DNA from: a virus
Lineage: Duplodnaviria > Caudoviricetes
Strand: one strand, 5' to 3'
IMG/VR virus record: IMGVR_UViG_3300037482_000423
Coordinates: 1-49,388 of that record
DNA: 49,388 nt
Program-made: the position numbers and the translations under genes
The notes under the pieces: generated by a model
The model's database searches: none
What the model was told of the DNA's origin: nothing
Seen by the model: only the letters and a program-made list of their open reading frames with translations
Shown: positions 18,860 to 28,255 of the stretch, piece after piece
Position numbering within the stretch: position 1 is the stretch's first letter
How the letters are laid out: every line of letters begins with the position of its first letter

Positions 18860-19879
18860 TCAATCGTGGCTACGCGGTCCAAAACAATATGAGCCGACAT
18901 GCCCGCACAGCAGGCCCAGGTCCACATGCGCCTGGTGGCCGGCCTGCGCCGCCCGGATGCAAAACTGAACGTCCTCCCCCATACCCAACTTGGAGTGCGC
19001 CATGGACCGGTGCCGGCCGTCGTGCAAAATTTCCCGCACCCGCGCCACGCGGGATTCCGATGTCGCGGCCTTGTCATCCAGAATATCCAGACATTCCGTG
19101 GACGCCTGCAAAAGATCATGCTCCGAAGAAGTAAACCAGTGCCCGGGCCGATCATCCACCCGCCGCAACTCCGGAAATTTCGATTCCACGTCCAGAAGAA
19201 CACTCCGGTGCATCAGCATCGCGCCCGTGCCAACCCATCGGGTCGGCTTGAGCGTGTCGTGGGGACCCCTCCGAACATACTCCGCCTCCTCCTTGCTGGA
19301 TGCCCCCTCGGAGTAAACAGGCCGGCCACCCCACCGTCGGCCGAAATAGCACCCCCCGACCAGAGTCTTCCCGTGGGACATCAGCCGGTTCAGGGCGTGC
19401 ATCCCCGCGAAATGCGAGGGGAGATTATACCCGGAATAAGCGTTGAACCAAGCCGCGTTGCCCCAGGGAATGATCATGTCGTCATCCACCCAAAAAGCCC
19501 ACTCAACATCAGTCTTGAGAAATTGATGGGCCAGCTTGTTACGGGTGTGCGCGATGAACGCGTCCCCAAATGACATGATCACCGAAACCTTGGTCTTATC
19601 CAACAGCCCCATCACCGAAAAAGCCGTGATAGGCGACGTGCTCTTATACCACGGCAGGAGCATGACGACTTTCTTTCCGTCCCACTCAGCCTCCTTGACT
19701 TTGCCGTCCGGCTCAAACTCAGGCGCGCGGAAAACTTTCTCCACCGCCTCCAGGGATGGCCGCTTGGACCCACGATCCCACTGCCGGATCAATGCCTCCT
19801 GGACTTCGAAATATTCCGCCGACGCCGGAATCCCCAGCTCGCGGATCTTCCGGCTGACTATGTCGGAAAGATAGCTCAT
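18860..19879 (-). CDS. Cro/XRE-like HTH fused to GT2-like glycosyltransferase
   Basis: N-terminal ASAEYFEVQEALIRQWDRGSKRPSLE (HTH). Then AHTRNKLA, WAFWVDDDMII (DxD), GTGAMLMHRSV and GEDVQFC...GHVG (GT-A signatures). Confidence 0.75.
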   Translation of the reverse strand: MSYLSDIVSRKIRELGIPASAEYFEVQEALIRQWDRGSKRPSLEAVEKVFRAPEFEPDGKVKEAEWDGKKVVMLLPWYKSTSPITAFSVMGLLDKTKVSVIMSFGDAFIAHTRNKLAHQFLKTDVEWAFWVDDDMIIPWGNAAWFNAYSGYNLPSHFAGMHALNRLMSHGKTLVGGCYFGRRWGGRPVYSEGASSKEEAEYVRRGPHDTLKPTRWVGTGAMLMHRSVLLDVESKFPELRRVDDRPGHWFTSSEHDLLQASTECLDILDDKAATSESRVARVREILHDGRHRSMAHSKLGMGEDVQFCIRAAQAGHQAHVDLGLLCGHVGSYCFGPRSHD

Positions 19880-21279
19880 CCCCCGTTACCCTGGACCTGT
19901 TGGCGCAAAGCGTCAATGGCGTCCTCGGCGGTTGTGTCAAAAATATCCGTGGCCGGCTTCAGGGGCTTGGCCGGAGCCGACGTGCGCGTGGACGCCCCCG
20001 CCTTCCGGATCCGCCCCAACTTGCCCGTCAATTCCTCATTCGCCTTTCGCAACTCCGCTATCTGCGCTGTTTGCGAATCGAGCTGCTTTCGAAAATAGAG
20101 GGCCTGAATGGTTCCGATGGCAAGCGTTGCGTGATTCTCTGGCGAGCGATCCACCAACAGGCCCTCCAAAACTTTGATCTGTTCGGCGGCATACTTGTTG
20201 GCCGCCTCAACGGCCTTGCGCTGCTCCGGGGTGGCGTCCTTGGGGACGTCCTGCTTCGCCGCCCAGCCCAGTTGCCCAAGCATGTCATTAGCCGACTTCT
20301 CAATGACCTTTGACTCCCGCTCAACAACCACCTTGGGACTCCGCTCTTCGATGAAACGGTCCACGTCGGCCTTCGCCTCCTGGATCTTCCGCGCCTTGTC
20401 CTTCTCCAACCGCTCGTTCTCGGTCAACCGAGAATCGACAACCCGCTTTTGCGACGGGGACAAATGCGCGTAGATCGCATCCCAGTTGGACAGCTTCCCG
20501 GGACCCCCCATCTTCTTCAGCGTGTCAATCTGGGCCGTGGTCATGCCAGCTTCGGTCAGCTTGGCGTAAATCTCGGATTCGTTCTCAGCGATCCGCTGGG
20601 AAAACTCCTTGGTGATCGCGGGGTCCTTCTCGATCTCCAGGGACGCGCGCAACTTCCTCAGCTCTTGCAGCTCGGCTTTTTCCTCCGGGGTGACAACTTC
20701 GCTTTTTTCGAATTCCCCAAGCTTGGTTTTGAGGGTTTCGATTTCCTGGTCGCGGGCTTCGATTTGCTCTTTAGCTTTCTGCTTAACGAGGTTGAAACTG
20801 ACGGACGCCTTTTCGCTGGTGTGGGGCGGCAACTGGACCCCATCAATTTCGGAAACGGCGTCGGCCTTAGAATCTGCATCCGTGCCTCGTGATTCCTTCG
20901 CAGTTGCTCCGGAAGTTCCTTCATGTCCTGCCGCAACCTCCGGGTCCCCTCCTCCCGTATCGCCTTCTGTAGTGGGCTCTCCGTCTCCGGGATCTGCGGG
21001 ATCTCCTTCCTTGGGTTCATCAGTTTTCGCAGGGTCTGGTTGATCCACGTCGGCACTCTTAACAGGGTCCTGAATATTTTCACTTGGGTCCTTGGGTTCT
21101 GGTTTGCTCGGATCCGTCACGCGCGGCGGTTTCTCCCCCGTCGTCTGCTCGAAAAGAGCATTGATGGCATCAATGGAATCCTCCGATGCTTCGGGCGAGA
21201 GATCAGCGTTTTGATTATGACCACTGTCCCTTTCCGGGGTCAGCGTGTCTTGGGTTTGGATGTCAATTTCGTCGGCCAT
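19876..21279 (-). CDS. Probable capsid scaffolding protein
   Basis: 467 aa, acidic Pro/Asp/Glu-rich disordered N-terminus plus long coiled coil, between portal and capsid. Confidence 0.7.
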   Translation of the reverse strand: MADEIDIQTQDTLTPERDSGHNQNADLSPEASEDSIDAINALFEQTTGEKPPRVTDPSKPEPKDPSENIQDPVKSADVDQPDPAKTDEPKEGDPADPGDGEPTTEGDTGGGDPEVAAGHEGTSGATAKESRGTDADSKADAVSEIDGVQLPPHTSEKASVSFNLVKQKAKEQIEARDQEIETLKTKLGEFEKSEVVTPEEKAELQELRKLRASLEIEKDPAITKEFSQRIAENESEIYAKLTEAGMTTAQIDTLKKMGGPGKLSNWDAIYAHLSPSQKRVVDSRLTENERLEKDKARKIQEAKADVDRFIEERSPKVVVERESKVIEKSANDMLGQLGWAAKQDVPKDATPEQRKAVEAANKYAAEQIKVLEGLLVDRSPENHATLAIGTIQALYFRKQLDSQTAQIAELRKANEELTGKLGRIRKAGASTRTSAPAKPLKPATDIFDTTAEDAIDALRQQVQGNGG

Positions 21280-21281
21280 GG

Positions 21282-21584
21282 TTACTGGGTGGGTTTATTG
21301 TCGTCGGTCCATTTCGTATTATCGTCCAGCGACGGATATGCCTCGGCTCCCGAGCCCACAGGGTTCAGAAGTTCCGGACGGGTGACGAAAAGCAAATTGT
21401 GGATGGCGGCGTCATATCCCTCCTGCCGGCCGGACTGGCGCACAATGTCGTTGGTCTCGTTGGACTGCGCCGGGAGCGGCCGCATGGCGCGCAACAACTC
21501 CAGATAAAGCACCCCGCTCGGGGTGCCGAAAAACGCTTTCACGTTCGCCGCGTGTTCAGAATTCCAGTGGTCGATTGGGTCCAT
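21282..21584 (-). CDS. Small protein downstream of portal
   Basis: 100 aa from MDPIDHWNSEHAANVKAFFGTPSG; matches the usual portal-adjacent small gene position. Confidence 0.6.
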   Translation of the reverse strand: MDPIDHWNSEHAANVKAFFGTPSGVLYLELLRAMRPLPAQSNETNDIVRQSGRQEGYDAAIHNLLFVTRPELLNPVGSGAEAYPSLDDNTKWTDDNKPTQ

Positions 21585-21585
21585 A

Positions 21586-23634
21586 TCAGATTCCGGGCGG
21601 GAGTTGTTCGGCGTCCAACTGCGCGGCCTCCTGCTCAACGATAGCCTGCTGCTCGTTCAGTTTCTGCAACTCCGCCATCGCGGCGGTCAACTGGTTCAGA
21701 AAGTTGACGTCTTCCTCAAAATCGGCCATATCCAACCCCTGCTCCTGGGCCATGGCCAGGTGCTGATTTCCGTGGGCCACCAGGGCCTCCAAAATCGGCT
21801 GGGTCTGCGGGTTGCTCATGACTTCCTGGCCCGCCGCTTCCAACGCGGGACGCAACGTCGCCAAGTGGATCGCCGCATCGTCGCGCGGCGAAACGGGCAC
21901 CGGCTGCCCCTGGGTCAAAATCTGCAACTCCATTTGCTGCAACCGCTGCTGCTCAGCCTGGACCGTCGGGTCATTTTCGGGCAGCATAACCGCGTTCGCA
22001 AACTCCTCGTCAATCTGCGCGGTCAATTGCCGGCGTTTCATTTCCGGCTGGTTGATCAAAGGGTTGCCCTGATTCTCTGCCGCAATCAGGGCGATCTGTT
22101 GCCGCTTCAGGTCACTGTAATCGGAAACAGTCGATGCAACGGGACTCTTGGCCAGCATGTCCATCTCCTCGCGGTCCATGATCTTCAAAAGTCGTTTCTG
22201 CATCTCTTTGGCGTCGTCCTCAATCGTCTCCGAGTCCACCGCGCGGAGTTGCAAAGTCTGCATCAGGTCGGCGAACTGCGCCAGGAAACGCTCCATGATC
22301 ACGTCCCGTTGCTCTTCCTCCCGAGACGCCACAAGATTCACCTGAGCTGCGGTGACCCGCTCCCCTTGGAGCTGCTTGGGTGACGCCGCCCCGGCAATCT
22401 GGTCAAGGAGCGCGGAAAGATAATTGTCCAGCGCAAAAAACGGCTCCACGTCACCATCCAGCCGGTTCTGAACCACACTATACGCGGAACCGATCAAAAT
22501 CGCGTTGCCGACAAGCGACATCCGGAACCGCTTCAGCAACCGTTCATCCCCCTGGATGATCATCTTGCCAGCCAGTAGCAACCGATCCACCACGTCATTG
22601 CGCGACCGGTCCAAAATGCCGGCAATGGAATAAATCTCGCGGCCGATCCCCTTGGATCCGTGCATGGTCCCGTTGCCGTGCTGAAAAGAAAAGAAGGAGG
22701 CGGCGTGCTCCATCGAAGGGAACCGCTCAAACCGCTCAAACAGCACTTCCCACGACCGGTCTTCCAGCCGGTAATGGCTCACCTTGCCGTCGATCTCCGT
22801 CACCAGCAAACTGTAAACCGTGACCACCTTCGCGCCGCTCTCCAACGACGCGCAAATGCTCGATTCCCGGATCATGTCCTGATACACCCGCTCCCAATCG
22901 GCAAATTGACTCCTACGGTCCATCGGCATCGCGGTATTGATCGCCCGGATGGTGGTTTCCAGGTCCCAACCCGCGTCTTTGGCATCCTCCTTGTCCTTGA
23001 TCTTGTCAAACAGCTCATGGAGCAGGAAATCCTCCTTGAGAATCAACACCTGGGCGGAATTGGCGTCCTGCTTGGTGCCGGTCGGGAAAAATGACTCGTC
23101 CTGACGGAAAAATTTCGGGAACCACGTCACTTCGTCCAGCCAAGCCACCACGTCATAGCCGAAAAGCGCGTTTTCCTGAGCCACGGACGAGATAAAAGTC
23201 TTCCACCCGCGCCGGGCACGGCACAACTGGGTGATTTCCCGCCTGAACGCCTCCGTTTTCCGGTCCGCACCCGGCGCATCGTCCGGCAACTTGGCGTTGG
23301 TCAAATATTTGGCGGAGTCCAGCGCCTGCCGGAACCGGGGAGCCACCTTGTCAATCAGGATCGTCAACGGCTTGGTCGAAAAATTGGACTTCCAACCCAG
23401 CCCCTCCGCGTCCAGCTTGGCCTGGGTATGCGGCTGCTCGGAGTTATATTTGGCCATGATCCGGGCATTCTTGATGTTACGATCCCGGTGCTGGTCGATC
23501 ATATACTTGACCAGCTTCCCAGCCTCCACGCCGCTCCGGATTGCCCGAACCCGAGGTTCCAGCCCGCTGGACAAGTCGGGGTTGTTGATTGCGTTCCCGG
23601 CAAACGCCGGTTGTTCTGCTTCGAAATCGGGCAT
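21586..23634 (-). CDS. Portal protein
   Basis: 682 aa after the terminase, with GERVTAAQVN, C-terminal VSPRDDAAIHL...H..QH and a Gln-rich barrel tail typical of podoviral portals. Confidence 0.8.
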   Translation of the reverse strand: MPDFEAEQPAFAGNAINNPDLSSGLEPRVRAIRSGVEAGKLVKYMIDQHRDRNIKNARIMAKYNSEQPHTQAKLDAEGLGWKSNFSTKPLTILIDKVAPRFRQALDSAKYLTNAKLPDDAPGADRKTEAFRREITQLCRARRGWKTFISSVAQENALFGYDVVAWLDEVTWFPKFFRQDESFFPTGTKQDANSAQVLILKEDFLLHELFDKIKDKEDAKDAGWDLETTIRAINTAMPMDRRSQFADWERVYQDMIRESSICASLESGAKVVTVYSLLVTEIDGKVSHYRLEDRSWEVLFERFERFPSMEHAASFFSFQHGNGTMHGSKGIGREIYSIAGILDRSRNDVVDRLLLAGKMIIQGDERLLKRFRMSLVGNAILIGSAYSVVQNRLDGDVEPFFALDNYLSALLDQIAGAASPKQLQGERVTAAQVNLVASREEEQRDVIMERFLAQFADLMQTLQLRAVDSETIEDDAKEMQKRLLKIMDREEMDMLAKSPVASTVSDYSDLKRQQIALIAAENQGNPLINQPEMKRRQLTAQIDEEFANAVMLPENDPTVQAEQQRLQQMELQILTQGQPVPVSPRDDAAIHLATLRPALEAAGQEVMSNPQTQPILEALVAHGNQHLAMAQEQGLDMADFEEDVNFLNQLTAAMAELQKLNEQQAIVEQEAAQLDAEQLPPGI

Positions 23635-23671
23635 GACTAAGGAATCTGTATTAGGCGGACGTTGTAAATGA

Positions 23672-23908
23672 CTATTTTTTCCAACGGTTGTCGGGGCACC
23701 TCTCCGTCCTAAGCTGCGCCTTCAGATCGACAAAGCACTTGCACACCGAACACTGGCGTGTCCCGGCCCGAAAAAAAGGACACCCGCCCTCACAGGTCTT
23801 GACCCGCGCGTCAAATTCCGCGTCTGCAACCAAGACCGACCCCCGGAACAGCCACGTCCACCCCGCCTTGACCATTGCAATCACAAACCGGCCCACAATT
23901 TCAAACAT
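23672..23908 (-). CDS. Small Cys-rich protein (DUF6171-like)
   Basis: ARVKTCEGGCPF....QCSVCKCFVDLKA....RCPDNRW pattern. Confidence 0.7.
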   Translation of the reverse strand: MFEIVGRFVIAMVKAGWTWLFRGSVLVADAEFDARVKTCEGGCPFFRAGTRQCSVCKCFVDLKAQLRTERCPDNRWKK

Positions 23909-23910
23909 TT

Positions 23911-24477
23911 TCACTTGACTTTCCTCCAACAATGTGCCGGCAACTCCGCCTTGTTTAAACGGGGTTCATCAAGATGCACCGAAACCGCCGTGTCCTCGGA
24001 CAGAACGGCGCAACCAAGCAACCCGCGCCCCGCATCGGGTCGACCCCGCAAAAGCTGGTCCTGCACCGCCTGATTGGACTGCTGGCAGGTCACGCAACCC
24101 TTCTGATACCCGTCCTGGTAACGGCAGCCCCGGCACACCTCCGCGCGCTCCCGCGCCGCCGCAGCGTCGCAATAACGCAACCTCCCAGCGCGGAACAAAC
24201 CAACCATTTTTGCAAGCCAGCTCGCAACCCGGGAATGGTAAGCGTCCTTGTCGCCCTCGCCAATCACGCCCGGACCGGCGTGGCATAACTCCGGGTGTGC
24301 GGAGCAAACCACTTCGGTGATCTCCTTTGCGGGATCGCCCGGTGCGAGTTTTCTCATTGCGCGGTGCTGCGCTACGACACGCACCAGATGGGGCCAACTC
24401 TGTCCCTGGTGCGAGACGCCCTCCGCGTCGCGGAAAACATATCCGCCGGGCGGAACCAAATGCGGCTTCAGTTTCAT
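23911..24477 (-). CDS. Cys-rich hypothetical protein
   Basis: 188 aa with RAEVCRGC, GCVTC, GCAV and PAHCW; the C-terminal part resembles the adjacent small Cys-rich gene. Confidence 0.65.
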   Translation of the reverse strand: MKLKPHLVPPGGYVFRDAEGVSHQGQSWPHLVRVVAQHRAMRKLAPGDPAKEITEVVCSAHPELCHAGPGVIGEGDKDAYHSRVASWLAKMVGLFRAGRLRYCDAAAARERAEVCRGCRYQDGYQKGCVTCQQSNQAVQDQLLRGRPDAGRGLLGCAVLSEDTAVSVHLDEPRLNKAELPAHCWRKVK

Positions 24478-26378
24478 AGCGAATGGTCGTAAAGATTTGT
24501 TGAGTCGACCCGGAAAAAGGGTCCGTCATCGTCGTCCCCCGTGGTCCCCACCTCGCCGGGGGTCGGGTTCATGGTCAGCACTGCCAAATCCTCCATACGC
24601 ACGGCATGAATCAGCAACGCCACCGCATCTGCCTCGTCCGGAGACGTGTTACCACGGCTCTCGTATTCCTTCTTGCTCTCAACCTTCGTCTTCTCTCCCG
24701 GGACGAAGAGGCGGCCCGTAAGCTGCGGATTAAGTTTCTCCGTGTCCACTCGCGGGTCAACCTTAAAATACTCGAACTCAATCCACTTGGACATGGCAAA
24801 CCACATTTCCGAGACCGCCCGCATGTATAGCTCAACCGCCGTCTTCTCGTCCTCCTCGAAAATCTTTCGGCTAGACGCGGACTCGTAAAAATTCACTCCC
24901 TTTGTCCGCTCCGACCAGTATTTTTTCAGGTGATCATGAACCCCGGCACCATTGCCCGTGCGGTCCACACACAACCACTCCGGACGCACCCCAAGTTTGA
25001 CGCACAAATCCTTGACGAGGATAGCCAGGTCCACCGTGGCTGAACTGGGGATTGCGTAAAGCTGCTGCAAGGAAAGCATCTTCTTCAGCGCCGGCGCATT
25101 GCCGCGCTGGAAAAGCAGTTCCTTGCCCTTGGGATTCTCAAACGTCGGCGGGAACTTTATCCCGCGCGCCAAGCCCCACTCCCCGTGGGCAAACACGGCC
25201 TTGTCGCCGCCTTCCAGGGCCACATCCAGCCCGCCGCACGGGACCGGCGCGCTCGCCCAAAGAACCTCCCCCTTGACCGTGTGAATAAGCCCCTGGGCAA
25301 TGATGGCAAACGACTTTGCCGCCGGCGGGAACATCGCGCAGACCATAGAGTAATAACCGGGGGTATTGTATCCGCCGGAATTGCGGATAATCTTCTCCAT
25401 CCCCTCTTTGGTCTGGAGCCCGGGGAAAATTTCCTCGCCGGCCAACACGTTCTCGGACTTCCGGGCGTCCAGCCGGAGGACATCCCACCCACGCTTGGAC
25501 TTCCAGCGGAAATGCTGGTCCCCGTCAAATTGCTCCCAGCCCCATTCCGGCTCCGCGCGGATCCCGACCGCGTCCCCCTCCTCCTGGGGGTTGAACGCGC
25601 CGCCGACCTTGAACCCGCCGACGTCATCCGCGCGCGCCGCCGAAAGAATGTTGTCCACGTCCGACCAAATGCCCGGGGGGATCTTGTTGACTTCGTCCAT
25701 GAACACAAACAAGCGCGACAGGCTGCCGAACTTGGGATGCTTCTTGGGGCGCGGGAACCTTTTTGTTCCTTGCAGCTTGGCCGCCGATTTCTTGCCCAGG
25801 GGCACCACGACGCCGGCGATGGACCCGCGCCGACTCCGGGGCTCCAGACCGATGTAAAGACTCTGGATCACCCCCGGCAACTTGATGGCCGCCCCCTTGT
25901 GCAGCTCCACAATGTGCGAAAAGAGGTTGTTCTGAAGGTGGTCCTCCGAAGGACCAAGAACCTTGATCGTGGTGTGGGCGGGATCCCGGACCCACTCCAG
26001 AAGCAGGCGGACGCCAATAGAAAACGACTTGGACATGGACGCCGCGCCCTGAAGGAGAAACTGGGATGACTCCTCCCACAACTTCCATACCTGCCGGGTG
26101 GACTCGGGTTTGGGGGTGAACAGCGTGCTGGGCCACAAGAGCGCGGCCGCGTCAAAATAGCGGTCGTTGTCCAGCACCCACTGCAACAGGGAAAAATTCA
26201 GTTGATCAATCTGCGAGGGCGTCAGAGCCGCCTTGACGGGATTCCCTGAGAATCGGGCCACCGCCTCCGCGCACTCCCTTTTCCGGCCATCGTGCAAAGC
26301 CTCCGTGGCGAATGCGATCAGGTCATCGTGCGACTTAATGCTCCGCTGGCCTGAATCGCCGGCCAAAGGTCGGCCCAC
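24474..26378 (-). CDS. terL: Terminase large subunit
   Basis: Walker A variant QGAASMSKS, Walker B FVFMDE, coupling motif AFNP, and RNase H-like nuclease motifs GLDVALEGGD, VDRTGNG and SPDEADA. The start is uncertain (GTG 26378 chosen; the ORF extends to 26462). Confidence 0.85.
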   Translation of the reverse strand: MGRPLAGDSGQRSIKSHDDLIAFATEALHDGRKRECAEAVARFSGNPVKAALTPSQIDQLNFSLLQWVLDNDRYFDAAALLWPSTLFTPKPESTRQVWKLWEESSQFLLQGAASMSKSFSIGVRLLLEWVRDPAHTTIKVLGPSEDHLQNNLFSHIVELHKGAAIKLPGVIQSLYIGLEPRSRRGSIAGVVVPLGKKSAAKLQGTKRFPRPKKHPKFGSLSRLFVFMDEVNKIPPGIWSDVDNILSAARADDVGGFKVGGAFNPQEEGDAVGIRAEPEWGWEQFDGDQHFRWKSKRGWDVLRLDARKSENVLAGEEIFPGLQTKEGMEKIIRNSGGYNTPGYYSMVCAMFPPAAKSFAIIAQGLIHTVKGEVLWASAPVPCGGLDVALEGGDKAVFAHGEWGLARGIKFPPTFENPKGKELLFQRGNAPALKKMLSLQQLYAIPSSATVDLAILVKDLCVKLGVRPEWLCVDRTGNGAGVHDHLKKYWSERTKGVNFYESASSRKIFEEDEKTAVELYMRAVSEMWFAMSKWIEFEYFKVDPRVDTEKLNPQLTGRLFVPGEKTKVESKKEYESRGNTSPDEADAVALLIHAVRMEDLAVLTMNPTPGEVGTTGDDDDGPFFRVDSTNLYDHSL

Positions 26379-27106
26379 GCGGCGACTCGGTGGCAGCCCG
26401 CGTGCGTGAAGTAATTTGTCCGGTGAAGGATGAAGCGGTTCTTCACCGTCGTTTGGTTCCATGCGTTAAAGGTGCTCCCCGTGGGACCGGTGTCAATGGC
26501 CACAACATTCTTGACCTGGGTCGAAAGCTTGGCGATGTCAATAACCTTGTAGCCCAGGTCAATCGTGGCCGGGATGTGCTGGAGCCCGCAGGGGTGGGTG
26601 GTTATAACCGTTTGCCGGACATTCCGAAGAGCTGTGACAAGATGGAGCCACTGGCAGGACGCGAAATCAAATTGTCCTGACCGAGGGGCAGCGTTGATAA
26701 CAAGCCAGTCATATCCGCGCGGATCAATCCGTCGCTCGGGTATCCGGGGGGAGTTAAAAAACATGTGGCCGGGCTGGGAAAAGGGTGGCCGGACTCCGAC
26801 CCGGCGGCTGAGGGCCTTAAAGAAGTCGATGTAAAAGGCGTGGTAATCGTGCCAGTTGGGGTGCTTGGTGTGGAAGTCGTCGTGCCCGATCCAGGAGTTG
26901 ACGGCGTCGTCCGGCGCGACTTCAGCGGGCGCGACAGACACATCGACGCCAACTGGGATGAACTGAACGAGCTCAGCGTGATACTCTGGACGGGCGTAGA
27001 GCGTCGACGGAACAGCCGCCTGCGAATATAGCGCAAGCTGATAATGGAGCTGATAAAGGCAATCGCCCAGGTGATACTCATTTTTGAATGATAAGTTTTT
27101 GGACAT
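26318..27106 (-). CDS. GT-B fold glycosyltransferase, GT9 (heptosyltransferase)-like
   Basis: N-terminal HLGD motif, WLVINAAP, and VVAIDTGP resembling the GT9 (N/V)DSGP motif. Confidence 0.6.
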   Translation of the reverse strand: MSKNLSFKNEYHLGDCLYQLHYQLALYSQAAVPSTLYARPEYHAELVQFIPVGVDVSVAPAEVAPDDAVNSWIGHDDFHTKHPNWHDYHAFYIDFFKALSRRVGVRPPFSQPGHMFFNSPRIPERRIDPRGYDWLVINAAPRSGQFDFASCQWLHLVTALRNVRQTVITTHPCGLQHIPATIDLGYKVIDIAKLSTQVKNVVAIDTGPTGSTFNAWNQTTVKNRFILHRTNYFTHAGCHRVAAWADLWPAIQASGALSRTMT

Positions 27107-28175
27107 GCGGATTGATGGCATTAGAGTAATCCCGCCACACCTTCCCCTGGTGGTCTAAGACGCCGGCTTGCCAAGACTGGACCCACCCGGGGTTTGTGTC
27201 CACCTCCCTGATAAAGTTCCCGATCTGGTCCACGCGCAAGGTGGCCTGGGTGTCCGGACGCAAGGTGGCCTGGGTGTCCGGCTGAAATAAGCGGAGGGCC
27301 TCCAAGTGCCGGGGCGAGTTGTTGACCACGATCCCCGGACGGCCCAGCGCGCGCGCCAGCAACACCGCGTGCAGCCGGGTGGACACAACAAAGTCGGCGT
27401 GATAGGTGTAATGCGCCCAAACATCCTGGAACCAGCTCGACATGATGACATTCACGTTTGGCTGCCCTTTCAGCAATTGCTGAAAATAGAAAAACTCACT
27501 CTTGTGGTGGCAAACCAAGTCCACCGGGCGGCGCGCCCGCTGTCCCTCCAAAATTGCCATCGCCGCCTGGTAGGCGTCCTTGCTGGTCGCATGATTAACG
27601 ACGGCCAGGGGGTGACCCTGCGGCAACTGGATGGACATCGAAAGCCGGGGCGTGTCGTGCATGACGTGGCCCTCCACCGGGTGACACGAGAGGATGGACG
27701 GACACGGCAGCACCTGGTAAGGAACCCCGTCTGTATCCAGCGTGTGCGGGTGCTTGACGGTGCGCCCAATCACGACGGCGGCCTCCTTGAGCAGCCGGCG
27801 AACGGGAGCCTTGCCCGCCCATTCAGCGGCATAGTTGTTCTCATTCATACCGCCGATGAAAAAGCACTTGTGCCCGAGGCCCCGGGCCTGGATCTGTGCC
27901 TGCAACTCGAATATCTCCCGGCCCACGGCGAGCCCGGGGAAAATCACGAGATCGAGAAGGGGCAAAAGGTGCGGCAGGTCATGTAGAGCAACCGTGTTCA
28001 GCACCTCGCCGCATGACCCGGAAGCGTTCTGGGCGGCCGCGAAATTATAAAACCACCAGTTGATGGGGCGGGGATTAACCAGCCCCCGAAAGATGGCCAT
28101 CACGCCCTCCCGGACAATGTCGTCGCCGATGTTCCAGTAGTTGCTTCCGGTGATTAGGATGTTGATCGGCTTCAT
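27078..28175 (-). CDS. Polysaccharide pyruvyl transferase family protein
   Basis: N-terminal NxGD (WNIGDDIV), PCPS and the family hallmark VVSTRLHAVLLARALGRP. The true start is ATG 28175; the longer ORF would run through the tRNA. Confidence 0.75.
   Translation of the reverse strand: MKPINILITGSNYWNIGDDIVREGVMAIFRGLVNPRPINWWFYNFAAAQNASGSCGEVLNTVALHDLPHLLPLLDLVIFPGLAVGREIFELQAQIQARGLGHKCFFIGGMNENNYAAEWAGKAPVRRLLKEAAVVIGRTVKHPHTLDTDGVPYQVLPCPSILSCHPVEGHVMHDTPRLSMSIQLPQGHPLAVVNHATSKDAYQAAMAILEGQRARRPVDLVCHHKSEFFYFQQLLKGQPNVNVIMSSWFQDVWAHYTYHADFVVSTRLHAVLLARALGRPGIVVNNSPRHLEALRLFQPDTQATLRPDTQATLRVDQIGNFIREVDTNPGWVQSWQAGVLDHQGKVWRDYSNAINPHVQKLIIQK
27235..27281. repeat. 24-bp in-frame tandem duplication (PDTQATLR x2)
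   Basis: cgcaaggtggcctgggtgtccgg(a) occurs twice in tandem. Confidence 0.9.
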
Positions 28176-28182
28176 AAAAATT

Positions 28183-28255
28183 TGGATGCGGGAGCAGGAG
28201 TTGAACCTGCAGGTCCGGCTTATGAGACCGTTCCGGGCATCCGGCCCTTCCCGCA
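28183..28255 (-). tRNA. tRNA with CAT anticodon (Met or Ile2), atypical D-arm
   Basis: TGCGGGA/TCCCGCA acceptor stem, encoded CCA, T-arm GCAGG-TTCAACT-CCTGC, anticodon arm CGGT-CTCATAA-GCCG; 73 nt. Confidence 0.8.
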
